From Eledone cirrhosa (lineage: Eukaryota), in NCBI GenBank assembly GCA_964016885.1, contig OZ024764.1:5828001-5892000 (forward strand): DNA of 64,000 bases, read 5' to 3'. Positions within the stretch are counted from its first letter, which is position 1, and each line of letters opens with the position of its first letter. The notes under the pieces were generated by a model. It was not told the DNA's origin. It saw only the letters and a program-made list of their open reading frames with translations, and did not search any database. Positions 51,262-62,274 of the stretch are shown here, piece by piece. A program made the translations under genes and the position numbers.

Positions 51262-54200
51262 GAAATGAGGCAAGCATACTCCGTTGGATGTGCAGTGTAA
51301 ATGTGCGTGAAGGACCTAGCATAAATGTGTTGAGAGAGAAACTGTGTCTGAGAGGGATAGAATGTAGTGTGCGGGAGAGGAGACTGAGGTGGTATGGACA
51401 TGTGATGTGTTGAGAGAGAAACTGTGTCTGAGAGGGATAGAATGTAGTGTGCGGGAGAGGAGACTGAGGTGGTATGGACATGTGATGTGTTGAGAGAGAA
51501 ACTGTGTCTGAGACGGATAGAATGTAGTGTGCGGGAGAGGAGACTGAGGTGGTATGGACATGTGATGTGTTGAGAGAGAAACTGTGTCTGAGAGGGATAG
51601 AATGTAGTGTACGGGAGAGGAGACTGAGGTGGTATGGACATGTGATGTGTTGAGAGAGAAACTGTGTCTGAGAGGGATAGAATGTAGTGTGCGGGAGAGG
51701 AGACTGAGGTGGTATGGACATGTGATGTGTTGAGAGAGAAACTGTGTCTGAGAGGGATAGGTTGTAGTGTGCGGGAGAGGAGACTGAGGTGGTATGGACA
51801 TGTGATGTGTTGAGAGAGAAACTGTGTCTGAGAGGGATAGAATGTAGTGTACGGGAGAGGAGACTGAGGTGGTATGGACATGTGATGTGTTGAGAGAGAA
51901 ACTGTGTCTGAGAGGGATAGGTTGTAGTGTGCGGGAGAGGAGACTGAGGTGGTATGGACATGTGATGTGTTGAGAGAGAAACTGTGTCTGAGAGGGATAG
52001 AATGTAGTGTACGGGAGAGGAGACTGAGGTGGTATGGACATGTGATGTGTTGAGAGAGAAACTGTGTCTGAGAGGGATAGAATGTAGTGTACGGGAGAGG
52101 AGACTGAGGTGGTATGGACATGTGATGTGTTGAGAGAGAAACTGTGTCTGAGAGGGATAGAATGTAGTGTGCGGGAGAGGAGACTGAGGTGGTATGGACA
52201 TGTGATGTGTTGAGAGAGAAACTGTGTCTGAGACGGATAGAATGTAGTGTGCGGGAGAGGAGACTGAGGTGGTATGGACATGTGATGTGTTGAGAGAGAA
52301 ACTGTGTCTGAGAGGGATAGAATGTAGTGTACGGGAGAGGAGACTGAGGTGGTATGGACATGTGATGTGTTGAGAGAGAAACTGTGTCTGAGAGGGATAG
52401 AATGTAGTGTGCGGGAGAGGAGACTGAGGTGGTATGGACATGTGATGTGTTGAGAGAGAAACTGTGTCTGAGACGGATAGAATGTAGTGTGCGGGAGAGG
52501 AGACTGAGGTGGTATGGACATGTGATGTGTTGAGAGAGAAACTGTGTCTGAGAGGGATAGAATGTAGTGTACGGGAGAGGAGACTGAGGTGGTATGGACA
52601 TGTGATGTGTTGAGAGAGAAACTGTGTCTGAGACGGATAGAATGTAGTGTGCGGGAGAGGAGACTGAGGTGGTATGGACATGTGATGTGTTGAGAGAGAA
52701 ACTGTGTCTGAGACGGATAGAATGTAGTGTGCGGGAGAGGAGACTGAGGTGGTATGGACATGTGATGTGTTGAGAGAGAAACTGTGTCTGAGACGGATAG
52801 AATGTAGTGTGCGGGAGAGGAGACTGAGGTGGTATGGACATGTGATGTGTTGAGAGAGAAACTGTGTCTGAGACGGATAGAATGTAGTGTGCGGGAGAGG
52901 AGACTGAGGTGGTATGGACATGTGATGTGTTGAGAGAGAAACTGTGTCTGAGACGGATAGAATGTAGGGTGCGGGAGAGGAGACTGAGGTGGTATGGACA
53001 TGTGATGTGTTGAGAGAGAAACTGTGTCTGAGAGGGATAGGTTGTAGTGTGCGGGAGAGGAGACTGAGGTGGTATGGACATGTGATGTGTTGAGAGAGAA
53101 ACTGTGTCTGAGAGGGATAGAATGTAGTGTACGGGAGAGAAGACTGAGATGGTATGGACATGTGATGTGTATAAGAGGGATAGGTTGTAGTGTGCGGGAG
53201 AGGAGACTGAGGTGGTATGGACATGTGATGTGTTGAGAGAGAAACTGTGTCTGAGAGGGATAGAATGTAGTGTACGGGAGAGGAGACTGAGGTGGTATGG
53301 ACATGTGATGTGTTGAGAGAGAAACTGTGTCTGAGAGGGATAGAATGTAGTGTGCGGGAGAGGAGACTGAGGTGGTATGGACATGTGATGTGTTGAGAGA
53401 GAAACTGTGTCTGAGACGGATAGAATGTAGTGTGCGGGAGAGGAGACTGAGGTGGTATGGACATGTGATGTGTTGAGAGAGAAACTGTGTCTGAGAGGGA
53501 TAGAATGTAGTGTACGGGAGAGGAGACTGAGGTGGTATGGACATGTGATGTGTTGAGAGAGAAACTGTGTCTGAGACGGATAGAATGTAGTGTGCGGGAG
53601 AGGAGACTGAGGTGATATGGACATGTGATGTGTTGAGAGAGAAACTGTGTCTGAGACGGATAGAATGTAGTGTGCGGGAGAGGAGACGGAGGTGGTATGG
53701 ACATGTGATGTGTTGAGAGAGAAACTGTGTCTGAGAGGGATAGAATGTAGTGTACGGGAGAGGAGACTGAGGTGGTATGGACATGTGATGTGTTGAGAGA
53801 GAAACTGTGTCTGAGACGGATAGAATGTAGTGTGCGGGAGAGGAGACGGAGGTGGTATGGACATGTGATGTGTTGAGAGAGAAATTGTGTCTGAGACGGA
53901 TAGAATGTAGTGTGCGGGAGAGGAGACTGAGGAGGTATGGACATGTGATGTGTTGAGAGAGAAACTGTGTCTGAGAGGGATAGAATGTAGTGTACGGGAG
54001 AGGAGACTGAGGTGGTATGGACATGTGATGTGTTGGGAGAGAAACTGTGTCTGAGAGGGATAGAATGTAGTGTACGGGAGAGGAGACTGAGGTGGTATGG
54101 ACATGTGATGCGCATGGAGGATGACCGATGGGTGAAGAAGTGTCAGGAAATGCCAGTTGAAGGAAGACGTGGTAGAGGTAGACCACGAAAAACATGGGCG

Positions 54201-54352
54201 GAGGTGGTGAGAACAGACCTCAGATCATTGAAGCTCACGGTGGAGATGACGAAGGACCGTGACGAGTGGAGAGATGCTGTGCTGAATAAGACCCATCCCA
54301 CCCTTGCAAGCAGGGAAAAGCGGACGTAAAATGATGATGATGATGATGATGA
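51262..54352 (+). mobile_element. RTE 3' fragment with an 80-bp internal tandem expansion (~35 copies, 51326-54110)
   Basis: Flanks are colinear with the unexpanded RTE at 34092-34460; unit encodes VLREKLCLRGIECSVRERRLRWYGHVM. Confidence 0.93.
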
Positions 54353-54924
54353 TATATATATACACACACACATATATATGATTATATACATGTAAATGCG
54401 ATTGCGAATGCAAGCAGCCAAAATGGGGTTCCTCCAAAGACTATCTGGAGGGACTTACACAATTGAGTGCATAGCTCATCAGTGAGTCGCTCCACGTAGA
54501 GCCCCTACTTCTCCGAGTTGTGGGATCACAGCTCCAATACTATGGACATGTGGTTAGAATGTATGAGGAAAGAACCTCTGGACAGATTTTATGGGAAAAA
54601 AACCCAACCAGTAGGTGAGCCAGAGGTTGACCCCGAGCAAGATGGTTGGATAACATCCATGAGGTTGGCTGGTCATGCTTGGGGAGCCAGCCGGATCAGT
54701 GAGAGATGGTTGCTTCTGACAGGACCCACCGGAGGGAGTGTTTGAGGACTCTGACCCCACGACTCAGGATTTAGTGGACAAAGAAGAAGAAATAAGCAAG
54801 TTAAATCAATATGTATAGCTAGCCCTCACTCCCACTGCCCTGTACTCCAATCACTACCTTTCCAAGCCTGGCCATGGACACAACAAAACTCCTAGTGTTG
54901 TGAAGTTGTAGGGATGATGCCATG

Positions 54925-55700
54925 CTATAATACACCCAGTACACTCTGTAATGTGGTAGTGCTGGTGTCATGATATAATACACCCAGTACACTCTGTAAT
55001 GTGGTAGTGCTGGTGTCATGATATAATACACCCAGTACACTCTGTAATGTGGTAGTGCTGGTGTCATGATATAATACACCCAGTACACTCTGTAATGTGG
55101 TAGTGCTGGTGTCATGATATAATACACCCAGTACACTCTGTAATGTGGTAGTGCTGGTGTCATGATATAATACACCCAGTACACTCTGTAATGTGGTAGT
55201 GCTGGTGTCATGATGTAATACACCCAGTACACTCTGTAATGTGGTAGTGCTGGTGTCATGATGTAATACACCCAGTACACTCTGTAAAGTGGTAGTGTTG
55301 GTGTCATGGTATAATACACCCAGTACACTCTGTAATGTGGTAGTGCTGGTGTCATGATATAATACACCCAGTACACTCTGTAATGTGGTAGTGCTGGTGT
55401 CATGATATAATACACCCAGTACACTCTGTAATGTGGTAGTGCTGGTGTCATGATGTAATACACCCAGTACACTCTGTAAAGTGGTAGTGTTGGTGTCAAG
55501 ATAAAATACATCCAGTACACTCTGTAAAGTGGTAGTGTTGGTGTCATGGTATAATACACCCAGTACACTCTGTAAAGTGGTAGTGTTGGTGTCAAGATAA
55601 AATACATCCAGTACACTCTGTAAAGTGGTAGTGTTGGTGTCATGATATAATACACCCAGTACACTCTGTAAAGTGGTAGTGTTGGTGTCATGATATATAG
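54925..55700 (-). repeat. 48-bp minisatellite, reverse orientation of the 8279-9183 family
   Basis: About 16 units. Confidence 0.95.
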
Positions 55701-55807
55701 CCCCCAACACACCGTGTAACATGCCCACCACCACCAACAACAACAACAAAACCACCACCACCAACAACAACAACAACAACAACAACAGCAACAACAACCC
55801 TACTCAC

Positions 55808-55950
55808 CTGGCCCCTACAAACACAGCACACTCGGGCATCTGTTTCCAACAATGGACAGATTCAAATGGTCCGAAATCCAGGGTCAGACATTCTGCACTC
55901 TCTGGCCAATTGTGGTCAAACTCCTTGCCCTGGGGTCTGGCTAGAGCCAT
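55808..55950 (-). CDS. LZTR1: LZTR1 first coding exon (MALARPQGKEFDHNWPESAECLTLDFGPFESVHCWKQMPECAVFVGA-R)
   Basis: ATG at 55950 (start assumed), gtgagt donor, 143 nt, phase 2; matches [39 protein letters not shown]. Confidence 0.9.
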
Positions 55951-55961
55951 GGGGGTGCTTG

Positions 55962-56458
55962 AATGGTTGGACGGCTGGTAGGTTGGTTGGCTGCTTGGTT
56001 GGTTGTCTGCTTGCTTAGTTAGCTGGAGGGTTGCCTGGCTATTTGGTTGGATGGTTTGTCAAATGGCTGGTTGGTTGGTTGGCTGGTAGTTGCTTGGTTG
56101 GTTGGCTGGTGGGTTGCTTGCTTGGTCAGTTGGTTGATTGGCTGGTTGGCTGGTAGGTTGCTTGCTTGGTCAGTTGGTTGATTGGCTGGTTGATTGGTTG
56201 GTTGGCTGGTAGGTTGCTTGCTTGGTCAGTTGGTTGATTGGCTGGTTGATTGGTTGGTTGGCTGGTAGGTTGCTTGCTTGGTCAGTTGGTTGATTGGCTG
56301 GCTGGTTGGTTGATTGGTTGGTTGGCTGGTAGGTTGCTTGCTTGGTCAGTTGGTTGATTGGCTGGTTGCTAGGTTACTTGGCTGATTGCTAGGTAGGTTG
56401 AATGGTTGACAAGCTGGCTGGATGGTGGCTTAGATGAGTGGTTGGTTGGCTGGATGGT
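55962..56458. repeat. (GGTT/GGCT)n degenerate tetranucleotide tract
   Basis: Low complexity. Confidence 0.9.
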
Positions 56459-56464
56459 GCGCGT

Positions 56465-56465
56465 A

Positions 56466-56501
<36 letters not shown>

Positions 56502-56723
56502 ACTGGTAAGGTGAGTTGGTGTGTGTGTGTATGTTTACGTTTGTACGTATGCGTATCTGCGTATGAGTGCCAGTGTATATATATAAATAAATATATGTGT
56601 GTGCGTCTGTGTGCTTATCTATATGTCAATATCTGTATGTCTATATATAAATGTGTGTGTAGCTATATGGCACTGTGTATATATATATATTTATAGCTGC
56701 GAATGCGTGTGTGTATATATATG

Positions 56724-56786
<63 letters not shown>

Positions 56787-56966
56787 GTATATATATATAT
56801 GTATATATATATCTATATATATATATGTATATATATCTATCTATATGTAAATGTTTACGTGTATTATGTTTATTTGTCAATATATACGTATGTATATATA
56901 TATATATATATGTAAATATATATATATATATGTATATCTCTCTCTATATATATGTGTGTGTATATC

Positions 56967-57025
<59 letters not shown>

Positions 57026-57062
57026 CTATATCTATATTTATGAGTATATATATATATGTATG
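56465..57062. repeat. (TA)n/(TG)n microsatellite tract
   Basis: Low complexity. Confidence 0.95.
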
Positions 57063-57079
57063 TTGTTATTATTTTTACT

Positions 57080-57400
57080 ACTCCAGCCGCCGGTCAGTCG
57101 AACCACCACCACAGCCGCCACCTCCACACTCTAGACATGGCCGTAACTTGCTGTGCCGGACATCCAAATATTTCACTAAAAGGACCACACAGTAAAATAT
57201 GTCTCTACATTCTGCCAGATCTTCTTGTTTCAAATCATTTCATTCACAACAAGACGACATCCATTTGCTCCCGCAAAGGATCATGGGATAGCATCTGCTT
57301 CGTATCGGCTGCTGGCACTTCCGTTACATTCCGTCACACTCCGCCTCTCTCGGAAGATTACGGTATGTTCCGGATAAAAATGATGTAGCACCGCTTTCGT
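57080..57400 (-). promoter_or_regulatory. Candidate LZTR1 promoter/5'UTR region
   Basis: Unique, relatively CpG-rich stretch 1.1-1.4 kb upstream of the ATG with clustered ETS-like CGGAAG/CGGAA motifs (57315-57375); function inferred. Confidence 0.45.
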
Positions 57401-57444
57401 ACACACACACGCACACACTCTCTCTCTCTATATATATATATATA

Positions 57445-57633
57445 ATTGTTTCTACTTTGGGCACAAGGCCAGCAATTATCCCAGTGCATTACTGGTACTT
57501 TATTTTATCGACCCCGTAAGGATGAAAGGCAAAGTCAAACTCGGAGAGATTTGAACTCAGACCATAAAGGGCCGTAACTCTTTGCTGCAAAGCATGGCTC
57601 CGACCCTCTAACGATACTGCCAATCCACCGCCC
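57445..57633 (-). mobile_element. tRNA-derived SINE, same family as 5900-6055
   Basis: Minus-strand head ggcggtggattggcagtatcgttagag...gagttcaaatct. Confidence 0.75.
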
Positions 57634-57693
57634 TATATATATAATAAACGAAAGAGTTACTTTAGTCCATTCCAATATATTCTATTATACGTA

Positions 57694-59552
57694 CTAGCTG
57701 CAGTACCTGGTAATACCCGGAAAAAGTGGGGTTATTAGCAGTTTCCAGAGTGCGCCTGAAAATGCTAGCGACCCTGTGTGCCCAGACTGGATTTTCAATA
57801 GCAACCTTTGCTAGGTGTGTTATGGCAGATCAATTTTATGTGTGGAACTATCAATAGCTGTTTAAGTCATAAGTCCTTCTTCCATCCAGCTTTCTTCATT
57901 CAGAGTGAATAAGCCAGGGAAGTTTGAGTTCGAAGAGTATTGAACTTATTCAACAAACTTGTGTATAAGAATAGCAAACTTACTGCCTTGGGGCTCGAGT
58001 ATTGAACTTATTCAACAAACTTGTGTATAAGAATAGCAAACTTACTGCCTTGGGGCTCGAGTATCGAACTTATTCAACAAACTTGTGTATAAGAATAGCA
58101 AACTTACAGCCTTAGCGCTTAAGAACAAACACAGAACAATTGAGGAAGTCATCGCAATTATTGAAGAAATTACAACCGAGTGAACATATTCAGGTACTGT
58201 TCAAGCACCCTGTATATCACCGTTTGTAAAGCCCTTCGACTGACTGAAGCAATTCAATAAAACCATCCCGTTTTCCCTCTATAGTAGACATAACCCGAGA
58301 AAACGCACCATAATAAGTCGGATAAACAATCAGAAGTGTTGGCCCTAAAGAGGGCCTTGTAATGTTCACTGTTGCAAAGTGTCAATAATGGGGGAGAAGT
58401 TACATCTTAAGTCATGTTAATCTTCCCACGATCCAACACCTCGAAATATCAACAAAATAAACTCTACTCTCAAAGACGACATGTTACAATTAACATGCCG
58501 GGAGTACGAATATTCGTCAACATACGATTTGGGTTTTATTCTTCGGACTAATCTCCTGGTAAGCCAGCTTCCAGGTCATTGATCATCACACTTTGTTGTA
58601 ACTTATCACCGATTCCTGCAGTTGACCTTAATGTGACCTAAGCGTGTGCACGCGTTCAGAATCCATATTAGTGGATGTGATCTATATATCTTAGTTTAAT
58701 CTTAGTCCTAGATTCTTCTTCCGCGCCGTTCGGCCCATCGAGCAGTAAGTACTCGCCAACCGCCACGATCAGCGGCAACTTTTTCGAGACCGTGCCAGGT
58801 GATGTTGGCTGCCATCAGGTCCTTCCCGAACGTTCGTTACCCGCTGATCCTTGGGCAACCCCGCCCGCCAGGCGGAGTCCAGTTCATCGCTGTTTTCGAA
58901 TGCCGTTCATTTGGCAGACGCAGAATATGGCGGCCAGCCGGACGGCACCGACGCTCCCTGACCACTCTCTCTGTAGCGCCCACGACTCGGTTCTCCGCAG
59001 GATCTTCTCGTTTCGCACTCGGTCACGCCAAGAGGCACGAAGGATCTTTCGCAGGCACCGCTGGTGGAAAGCAAGCGTTCAGCCATCTCTCTATTTTTGC
59101 CGTACTCTTCCAGGTCTCGCTCGCATAAAGCACTGTCGACAGCACGATGCTCTTGTACATATACAGAGAAATCTGGTCACTCGTCAACCAAAATTAGATT
59201 GCCGTCTGCTTTGTTTGAAATTTCTTTATGTATATTTCTAATAAGTTGTTGCCTCATTTTGGAGGACTGAGTTGTGGGGGGAGGAAGGTGAGTAGTGGGA
59301 GGGAGGGTTTAACATACAGCAGAAGTAGTATCTCCTCTTCCCCCTCTCTCACTGAAACGTCTTCTCTTTCCTCCTCCATTGTAAAGATGTCCCCAGGGGT
59401 TCCATTATTGATTTTTATTAAAATCCAATTAGCAAGTCCTGTTTCTGAATATTAGCTTAACACGTGTGTAAAGTTTCATCAGGATCGGATCACTGGTGTA
59501 GGCGCCAACTGGTTATACACTGACAGACAGAAATTGCCATTTATATAGTAGA
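57694..59552 (-). mobile_element. Non-autonomous Helitron-like element with nested LINE fragment
   Basis: Minus strand A|TCTACTATATAAA ... imperfect hairpin ccgggtattaccagg ... CTAG|T; internal three-copy ~60-bp repeat at 57935-58120. Confidence 0.65.
58715..59172 (-). mobile_element. Older RTE-like LINE fragment (RT C-terminal region)
   Basis: Minus strand translates AFHQRCLRKILRASWRDRVRNEKILRRT. Confidence 0.75.
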
Positions 59553-59678
59553 TTTCAAAGATGCAAGGCTCATGTATAACATAAACCAAAACATGTTCTC
59601 TTCAGATAAATATTTATATATATATATATATATAAAGTTAAATAAAAGTCAAATGATTAAAATTTAGCTTCGTTTATT

Positions 59679-59733
59679 ACTGCTATATATATTTCAGTGA
59701 CAGCCATCTTTGGCTGTGACCTCTTCAGGCAGT
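59679..59733 (-). ncRNA. Minimal type I hammerhead ribozyme motif (left arm)
   Basis: Reverse complement of 59987-60041. Confidence 0.65.
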
Positions 59734-59986
59734 TTGAATTAGTATGGTATAGACAAGTACATATGTTGTTTAGGTGTATGATATTGTCAATACCCTGATA
59801 TGCCCAGTTCCTTGTTGGGTTGTTAATTCACTGGGGAACTGGAGTCATATCCAGTTATGAACTGGAGTCATATGACTCCAGTTCCCCAGTGAATTAACAA
59901 CCCAACAAGGAACTGGGCATATCAGAGTATTGACAATATCATACACCTAAACAACATATGTACTTGTCTATACCATACTAATTCAA

Positions 59987-60041
59987 ACTGCCTGAAGAGG
60001 TCACAGCCAAAGATGGCTGTCACTGAAATATATATAGCAGT
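59987..60041 (+). ncRNA. Minimal type I hammerhead ribozyme motif (right arm)
   Basis: ACTGC-CTGAAGA-GGTCACAGCC aaagat GGCTGTCACT-GAAA-TATATATA-GCAGT, overlapping a following TAATAAA. Confidence 0.65.
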
Positions 60042-60183
60042 AATAAACGAAGCTAAATTTTAATCATTTGACTTTTTATTTAACTTTATTTTACACTACT
60101 CCGGAGTAACCAAACCAACCTGCGCACTTCGTCGAGTGCTCCAGCCTGCATACTGAGGTGTTGGTATACAACCAACATAAACT

Positions 60184-60235
<52 letters not shown>

Positions 60236-60237
<2 letters not shown>

Positions 60238-60738
60238 GGAGTAGGAAGACCCAGAAAAACCTGGGACGGCTTGATAAATTCCGACCTCACACACTTGCAC
60301 CTCTCCACGACAATGTCACTGGACCGAGATCTTTGGCGCTACGCAGTAATACAGAAGACCCGCCTTGCCTAAGTATAAAGCGAAACCTACAGTCAGTTGG
60401 CACCTCTAACAAAAATACACCCCCCATCCCACCACCCCACCCCTTTCGATGTAAAGTTATGTTGGTACCACAACATCCAGGCCGAAACAAATGAGATCGT
60501 GTAGGTGTCACGAAAAAAACACACAGTCCACGCTGTAATGTGGCCGTGTAGGTAACACGGTAAAAACCTCCCAGTTCCACACTGTAAACGTGGTTGGTGT
60601 TAGGAAGGGCATCCAGCTGTAGAAAACCTGCCAGACAGTCCTGTACGAGCAAGACAACCAATCTTGCCGCAAGTGGGAAAATTCCTGTCCAAACCCATGC
60701 AAGCGTGGAAGATGGACGTTAAACGATGATGATGATGA
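60236..60738 (+). mobile_element. RTE-related non-autonomous element 3' part
   Basis: Homologous to 45160-45400 plus 44630-45040; (GAT)n tail. Confidence 0.8.
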
Positions 60739-61027
60739 TATAAATATATATATATAAATGAAGTATTTCCATAGGAAAGGTAAAGGAAAAGAGAGTGCTC
60801 TATGTAGGCTACAGAGCTTTTTAGTTATGTAATAAACAACATAAGATAATTAATTAATTTTACCAAAGGTTTCTTGAAGACAGATGAGCACAGCATAAGA
60901 TAATTCATTTACGAGCTCGTCTGTCTTCCTATCCAGGGTGGAGGAAGTCTTGTACTCTTCGTTGTTTTACGTCACAAAAACCAGGATAAGCACTGGCCTG
61001 TGAGCCTTAAAGCTTGAGTCAGCCTTT

Positions 61028-62080
61028 AACCTGTGATGAACTGGCATCCTATCCAGGGGTGAGGAAGTCTTGTACTCAAGACAGACTTGAACCTTTGATG
61101 GACTGGTGTCCTGTCCAGGGGGAAGTCTTGTACTCAAGACAAACTTGAACCTATGATGGACTCTGGTATCCTGTCCAGGGGAAGTCTTGTACTCAAGACA
61201 GACTTGAACCTTTGATGGACTCTTGTGTCCTGTCCAGGGGGAAGTCTTGTACTCAAGACAAACTTGAACCTATGATGGACTCTGGTGTCCTGTACAGGGG
61301 AAGTCTTGTACTCAAGACAGACTTGAACCTTTGATGGACTCTGGTGTCCTGTCCAGGGGGAAGTCTTGTACTCAAGACAAACTTGAACCTATGATGGACT
61401 CTGGTGTCCTGTCCAGGGGGAAGTCTTGTACTCAAGACAAACTTGAACCTATGATGGACTGGTGTCCTGTCCAGGGGAAGTCTTGTACTCAAGACAAACT
61501 TGAACCTATGATGGACTCTGGTGTCCTGTCCAGGGGAAGTCTTGTACTCAAGACAGACTTGAACCTTTGATGGACTCTGGTGTCCTGTCCAGGGGGAAGT
61601 CTTGTACTCAAGACAAACTTGAACCTATGATGGACTCTGGTGTCCTGTCCAGGGGGAAGTCTTGTACTCAAGACAAACTTGAACCTATGATGGACTGGTG
61701 TCCTGTCCAGGGGAAGTCTTGTACTCAAGACAAACTTGAACCTATGATGGACTCTGGTGTCCTGTCCAAGGGAACTCTTGTAATCAAGACAGACTTGAAC
61801 CTATCATGGACTCTGGTGTCCTGTCCAAGGGAAGTCTTGTACTCAAGACAAACTTGAACCTATGATGGACTCTGGTGTCCTGTCCAGGGGGAAGTCTTGT
61901 ACTCAAGACAAACTTGAACCTTTGATGGACTCTGGTGTCCTGTCCAGGGGAAGTCTTGTACTCGAAACAGACTTGAACCTACGATGGACTCTGGTGTCCT
62001 GTCCAGGGGAAGTCTTGTACTCAAGACAGACTTGAACCTATGATGGACTGGTGTCCTGTCCAGGGGGAAGTCTTGTACTC
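61028..62080 (+). repeat. 57-60-bp minisatellite derived from a V-domain-like SINE segment
   Basis: Unit aacctatgatggact(ct)ggtgtcctgtccagggggaagtcttgtactcaagacaaacttg; parent SINE remnant at 60920-61025. Confidence 0.85.
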
Positions 62081-62274
62081 TGTCACATCCCACCACAGAG
62101 TCCCCACCACTGATGAGTCCCCAGGTTCAAAACAGACTTCAGACTCTTTAGACCTAGGGTGTGTAACATATTCTAATGGCAGGCCAGTTTTGAACATTGG
62201 AACAGCTATTAGGGCCATTAATATTTATTAAGCACTATTCAAAAGATTTACCACAACTTCTTTCCATAACATGG

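Larger units (their letters stand above)
59634..60190. mobile_element. Penelope-like terminus with a ~450-bp near-perfect palindrome (59634-60086)
   Basis: Arms are reverse complements around ggagtcatatgactcc; hammerhead motif in each arm. Confidence 0.8.

Noticed and set aside
51174-54195. Three overlapping ~960-aa minus-strand ORFs
   Set aside because: Stop-free antisense reading of the 80-bp RTE-derived repeat in all three frames; not genes.
56500-56520. Plus-strand donor-like ggtaag/gtgagt suggesting an antisense gene
   Set aside because: Embedded in microsatellite with no supporting exon or ORF.
58792-59241. 149-aa plus-strand ORF as a separate gene
   Set aside because: It is the antisense reading of a decayed LINE fragment.
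62105-62140. Hammerhead-like CTGATGAGTCC motif
   Set aside because: GAAA core is absent (ttcaaaac), stem II does not close, and there is no stem I partner.
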